Positions 14,596 through 18,529 of a stretch of 18,529 nt of DNA are shown here, piece after piece. Each line of letters starts with the position of its first letter. Within the stretch, counting starts at the first letter, position 1. Both the position numbers and the translations under genes were made by a program. The stretch lies in the NCBI GenBank assembly GCA_041492755.1, contig JBGPXN010000086.1:1-18529 (forward strand), given 5' to 3'. Origin of the DNA: Candidatus Methylomirabilia bacterium. GTDB taxonomy: Bacteria > Methylomirabilota > Methylomirabilia > Rokubacteriales > CSP1-6. The notes under the pieces were generated by a model. It did no database searches. It was not told where the DNA came from and saw only the letters and a list, made by a program, of their open reading frames with translations.

Positions 14596-17373
14596 TCACC
14601 TCTTGCCGTTCGGCTTGGGCAGGACCTCGGCCAGGAATTTCCCGGTGTACGAGCCCGGTGTCTGCGCGATGACTTCCGGCGGCCCCTCGGCCACGATCTC
14701 GCCGCCTTCGTCGCCGCCCTCGGGCCCGAGGTCGATGACGTGGTCGGCGACCTTGATCACGTCCAGATGATGCTCGACCACGAGCACGGTGTTGCCGGCA
14801 TCGACCAGGCGGTGGAGCACGCCGAGCAGGCGCTTGACGTCGTCGAGATGCAGGCCGGTCGTCGGCTCGTCGAGCACGTAGAGGATCTCCCCGGTGGCCC
14901 GCGCGCCGAGCTCGGCCGCGATCTTCAGGCGCTGCGCCTCGCCGCCGGAGAGCGTGGTGGCCGGCTGACCGAGCCGCAAGTACCCGAGACCGACGTCCTG
15001 CAGCACGCGCAGGCGGCGGGCGAGGCCGGGCTGGGTCGCGAAGAACTCGAGGGCGTCGTCCACGGTCAGGCCGAGGACGTCGCTGATGTTGCGGCCGCGA
15101 TACTTCACGCCGAGGACGTCGCCCCGGTAGCGCCGGCCCTCGCATTCCGGGCAGGTGACGTACACGTCCTCGAAGAAGTACATCTCGAGCTTCTGGAAGC
15201 CGTCGCCCGCGCACGTCTCGCAGCGTCCGCCGGGGACGTTGAAGGAGAACGCGCCGGCGCCGAGGCCCATCGCCCTCGCTCGCGGCAGCGCGGCGTAGAG
15301 CTTGCGGATGTCGTCGAACGCCTTGACGTAGGTGATCGGGTTGGAGCGCGGGGTACGCCCGATCGGCTCCTGATCGATGAGGCGAATGCCCTTGAGGTAG
15401 TCGGTCCCGCGCAGCTCGTCGTAGGCGCCGGGCGGAGCGAAGTCCGTCTTGAACACGCGGGCCACCGCGCGGTAGAGCGTGTCGTGGACCAGCGTCGACT
15501 TGCCCGAGCCCGACACCCCGGTGACGACGGTGAGCGTGCCGAGCGGAACGCGCAGCGTGACCGATTTGAGGTTGTGCTCGCGCGCGCCGCTGAGAACGAG
15601 CTGACGCCGGCCGGTACGCCGTACCAGGGGCGTCGGGATGGACTCACGGCCGGAGAAGTAGCGCGCGGTCAGCGAGCGCGTCGACTTGCGGAATTCCGCC
15701 TGCGGACCGTTGAAGACGATCTCGCCCCCGCGCTCGCCCGAGCCCGGCCCCAGCTCGACGACATGGTCCGCCGCTTCGATGAAGGCGCGATCGTGCTCCA
15801 CGACCACCACGGTGTTTCCCGCCTGCGAGAGCTCGCGGCACAGATCGACGAGCCGGCTCGTGTCGCGCGCGTGCAACCCGATCGACGGCTCGTCCAGCAC
15901 GTAGAGCGTGCCCACCAGCTGCGAGCCGAGCTGGTTGGCCAGGTTGATCCGCTGCGCCTCCCCGCCCGACAGCGTGCGCGTCTGCCGCCCCAGCGTGAGA
16001 TAGCCGAGGCCGACCCGGAGCAGGAAGGTGAGCTTCGCCGTGAGCTGCTTGAGGATCTCGCGCGCGACCGCCTGTTCCCAGGCGGTGAGCTTGAGATCGC
16101 CGACGATCCCCAGCGCCTGCTCGATGGTGAGCGCGGTGAATTCGGCGATGGTGAGCCCGGCCACCCGGACGGCCAGCGCGGGCGGCTTCAACCGGGCGCC
16201 CTGGCAGGTGGGGCAGCGCGACGGGGTCCGGTAGCGCGAGAGGAAGACGCGGACGTGGAGCTTGTAGCGGTACGACTCGACCTCTTCGAAGAAGCCCTGG
16301 ATGCCGGGAAACTTCCCATCGCCCTCGTAGACGAGCTTGCGCTCGTCCTCGGTGAGCGCCTGGTAGGGCTTCGCGATGTCGAGCCCGTGACGCTTGGCGG
16401 CTTTGACGAGCTCCTTCTGGTACCGCTTGCCGGAGGGATAGCCCCACGGCTCGACGGCACCGTCGCCGAGCGCCCGGGTGGGATCCGGGACCACCAGCGC
16501 CTCGTCGTAGCGCAGCACGTTGCCGAAGCCCTTGCACTCGGGACAGGCGCCGAGCGGATGGTTGAACGAGAAGAGCAGCGGCTGCGGGCGCTCCAGCGCG
16601 AGCGCGCACGTGGGACAGCGGAGTGCCTCCGTGAAGCTGCGCACGCCCTGTCCCACGACGTCCACTTCGACGGTGCCGGCGCCCTCGCGCAGCGCGGCCT
16701 CGACGGACTCGGTGAGCCGTCCGCGCTGTCCGGCGTCGACGACGATCCGGTCGAGGATGACCGCGACGTCGCGGACGGTCGCCACCTCGGGCGGGGGCGG
16801 GGCGGCCAGGTCGGCGAGCGTGTCGCCCACCCGGACGCGCGCGAAGCCGCGGCGCGTGAGCGACGTCCACAGCTCGGCCGGGGCCATTCCCGACGGCACC
16901 GGCAGTCGGAACGCCACCATCGCGCGTTCGCCCGGGTGCTCGGCGAGCAGGGTGTCGACGATGCTCTCCGCCGAGTGCGCGGCGGCGGCGGCTCCGCACT
17001 GCGGGCAGTGAACGCGGCCGACTTTGGCGTAGAGCAAGCGCAGGTAGTCGTAGACCTCGGTGGCGGTGCCGACGGTGGAGCGCGCCGTGCGCACCGGGTT
17101 TTTCTGCTCGAGGGCGACGGCGGGACGGATGTGCTCGATGCGATCGACGTCCGGGCGGTCGACGCGGTCGAGGAACATCCGGGCGTACGTCGACAGCGAC
17201 TCGACGTACCGCCACTGACCTTCCGCGAAGAGCGTATCGAACGCGAGCGAAGACTTGCCGGAGCCGGAAACGCCGGTGATGACGGTGAGCCGGTCGTGGG
17301 GAATCTCGAGCGAGATGTTCTTGAGGTTGTTCTGGCGGGCTCCCTCGATCCGAAGCCCCACGGGGCCGGCCAT
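14596..17373 (-). CDS. uvrA: Excinuclease ABC subunit A family ATPase (UvrA or UvrA paralog)
   Basis: GARQNNLKN, two Walker A motifs GVSGSGKS, two LSGGEAQR signatures, LDEPS / LDEPTTGLH, Zn-finger CxxC pairs (CPQC, CPTC, CPEC, CETC), DLGPEGG; AGGAGG RBS. Confidence 0.93.
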   Translation of the reverse strand: MAGPVGLRIEGARQNNLKNISLEIPHDRLTVITGVSGSGKSSLAFDTLFAEGQWRYVESLSTYARMFLDRVDRPDVDRIEHIRPAVALEQKNPVRTARSTVGTATEVYDYLRLLYAKVGRVHCPQCGAAAAAHSAESIVDTLLAEHPGERAMVAFRLPVPSGMAPAELWTSLTRRGFARVRVGDTLADLAAPPPPEVATVRDVAVILDRIVVDAGQRGRLTESVEAALREGAGTVEVDVVGQGVRSFTEALRCPTCALALERPQPLLFSFNHPLGACPECKGFGNVLRYDEALVVPDPTRALGDGAVEPWGYPSGKRYQKELVKAAKRHGLDIAKPYQALTEDERKLVYEGDGKFPGIQGFFEEVESYRYKLHVRVFLSRYRTPSRCPTCQGARLKPPALAVRVAGLTIAEFTALTIEQALGIVGDLKLTAWEQAVAREILKQLTAKLTFLLRVGLGYLTLGRQTRTLSGGEAQRINLANQLGSQLVGTLYVLDEPSIGLHARDTSRLVDLCRELSQAGNTVVVVEHDRAFIEAADHVVELGPGSGERGGEIVFNGPQAEFRKSTRSLTARYFSGRESIPTPLVRRTGRRQLVLSGAREHNLKSVTLRVPLGTLTVVTGVSGSGKSTLVHDTLYRAVARVFKTDFAPPGAYDELRGTDYLKGIRLIDQEPIGRTPRSNPITYVKAFDDIRKLYAALPRARAMGLGAGAFSFNVPGGRCETCAGDGFQKLEMYFFEDVYVTCPECEGRRYRGDVLGVKYRGRNISDVLGLTVDDALEFFATQPGLARRLRVLQDVGLGYLRLGQPATTLSGGEAQRLKIAAELGARATGEILYVLDEPTTGLHLDDVKRLLGVLHRLVDAGNTVLVVEHHLDVIKVADHVIDLGPEGGDEGGEIVAEGPPEVIAQTPGSYTGKFLAEVLPKPNGKR

Positions 17374-17447
17374 CCGAAAGGTCCTCCTGAGGAGGGAATC
17401 TTACCCGAGATGATGAGCTGACGCTAACGCCCTCTCACCGCGACGGT

Positions 17448-17476
17448 TTGACAGGGTGAGGGCTCCTGCCTACAAT
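17448..17476 (+). promoter_or_regulatory. Sigma70-type promoter of perR-rbr
   Basis: TTGACA (17448-17453), 17-nt spacer, TACAAT (17471-17476). Confidence 0.85.
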
Positions 17477-17484
17477 CGGCCTTG

Positions 17485-18015
17485 ATGCGAATCATTCCTA
17501 AAAAGAAATCGGAGGTCACCCTGCGCGAGCGTGGCCTCCGGTTGACCGAGCCTCGCCGGGTCATCCTCGAGGTGGTTCGGTCCACCACCGTGCATCCCTC
17601 GGCCGCCCAGGTGTACGCCCGGGTGCGGCTCCGGCTGCCGCGCGTCAGCCTCGCCACCGTGTACCGAAATCTCCGGTTGCTCGCGGCGGAGGGGTTGCTG
17701 CGGGAGCGCGCCGACGTCACCGGCCTCCGTTTCGACGGCCGCACGGACCGGCACGATCACTTCACGTGCGTGGCGTGCCGTCGCATCTTCGACCTGCCGT
17801 CCCGCGCGGCTGCGCTCGGGGTGGCGCCGGCGCGGGGCGGGTTCGAGGTGTTCGAGCAACGCATCGAATTCTACGGCCGGTGCCCGGCCTGTCGCCGCCG
17901 TCGCGCGGCGCGGGCGCCGCGATCGTCGCGGGCATCGCTCTCGTCGCACACGCAGCGCTCATCCCACACACCACCAAGGAGGACGTATGGCCGGCAAGAG
18001 TCTCAAGGGCACTAA
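17485..18015 (+). CDS. perR: Fur-family peroxide stress regulator (PerR-like)
   Basis: [42 protein letters not shown] give the PerR-type His/Asp ligands and two CxxC Zn sites; directly upstream of rubrerythrin. Start ATG 17485 or TTG 17482. Confidence 0.85.
   Translation: MRIIPKKKSEVTLRERGLRLTEPRRVILEVVRSTTVHPSAAQVYARVRLRLPRVSLATVYRNLRLLAAEGLLRERADVTGLRFDGRTDRHDHFTCVACRRIFDLPSRAAALGVAPARGGFEVFEQRIEFYGRCPACRRRRAARAPRSSRASLSSHTQRSSHTPPRRTYGRQESQGH
17486..17500. promoter_or_regulatory. Fur/PerR-like 7-1-7 operator overlapping the perR start
   Basis: TGCGAAT-C-ATTCCTA: core GAAT-n-ATTC dyad in an AT-rich patch just downstream of the -10. Confidence 0.55.
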
Positions 18016-18436
18016 GAGTCACGAGAACCTGAAGGACGCGTTCGCCGGCGAGTCGCAGGCGAATCGCCGATATCTCTACTTCGCCCGCGTCGCCGACATC
18101 GAGGGTTTCCCGGACATCGCCGGCCTGTTCAAGGACACCGCCGACGCCGAGACCGGCCACGCCTTCGGTCACCTGGATTTCTTGAAGCCGATCGGCGATC
18201 CCGCCACCGGCGAGGCGATCGGCAAGACCGAGCTGAACCTCAAGTCCGCCGTGGCCGGCGAGACGTACGAGTACACGCAGATGTATCCCGGCATGGCGAA
18301 GACGGCGCGCGACGAAGGGTTTCCCGAGCTCGCGGAGTGGTTCGAGACGCTCGCCAAGGCCGAGAAGTCGCACGCGGGGCGGTTCAACAAGGGGCTGACG
18401 CAGGTCGCGGGCAAGGACCCGGCGGACGCGATCTAG
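17987..18436 (+). CDS. rbr: Rubrerythrin-family di-iron protein lacking the rubredoxin domain
   Basis: [38 protein letters not shown]; no C-terminal CxxC domain; AAGGAGG RBS. Confidence 0.93.
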   Translation: MAGKSLKGTKSHENLKDAFAGESQANRRYLYFARVADIEGFPDIAGLFKDTADAETGHAFGHLDFLKPIGDPATGEAIGKTELNLKSAVAGETYEYTQMYPGMAKTARDEGFPELAEWFETLAKAEKSHAGRFNKGLTQVAGKDPADAI

Positions 18437-18461
18437 CTTCCTCGTTCGGCTCGGCGGCCGC

Positions 18462-18529
18462 GGGGGGGGGGGGGGGGGGACAAAAAAGAGAAGCACCCCC
18501 CCCCCCCCCCGCCCGCCCCCCCCCCCCCC
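18462..18529. other. Poly-G / poly-C low-complexity tail, probably an unreliable sequence end
   Basis: G18 (18462-18479), 16-nt A-rich spacer, C15 (18496-18510), then further C runs to the window end. Confidence 0.6.

Noticed and set aside
14491..17421. 976-aa + strand ORF
   Set aside because: Antisense shadow of uvrA, expected from high-GC codon bias; no recognisable motifs.
18462..18529. G18/C15 as a G-quadruplex, phase-variable tract or terminator
   Set aside because: Located at the extreme sequence end with degenerate homopolymers; most likely a base-calling or assembly artefact over a GC hairpin. Cannot be interpreted without reads.

Overview
High-GC (about 70% by eye) bacterial chromosomal window with no transposase, CRISPR array, rRNA or tRNA. 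It has four blocks. (1) A + strand operon, 225-5403: soluble 3xPAS hybrid histidine kinase, CheB, soluble transhydrogenase SthA and a small STAS protein, preceded by a good sigma28 (FliA/SigD)-type promoter. (2) A - strand catabolic operon, 11981-5410: thiolase-fold protein with the Ltp2-type aldolase signature, a DUF35 Zn-ribbon/OB-fold partner, an SDR, TRAP transporter DctPQM and a second SDR. (3) A - strand block: UvrA-family ATPase, ArnT-like GT-C glycosyltransferase and an ArnC-like GT2 that seems to start at CTG. (4) A divergent perR-rubrerythrin pair with a near-consensus sigma70 promoter and a Fur/PerR-like box. Two observations stand out. One is the sigma28-linked kinase-cheB-sthA-STAS module. 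The other is a 123-bp non-coding element (10635-10757) that folds end-to-end on one strand only, as a rod with a ladder of tandem G.A mismatches, and has a second partial copy at 74-118. The repeat style and gene content recall Rokubacteria (Methylomirabilota), but that is unverified inference. The last ~70 nt are homopolymer runs and probably low quality.
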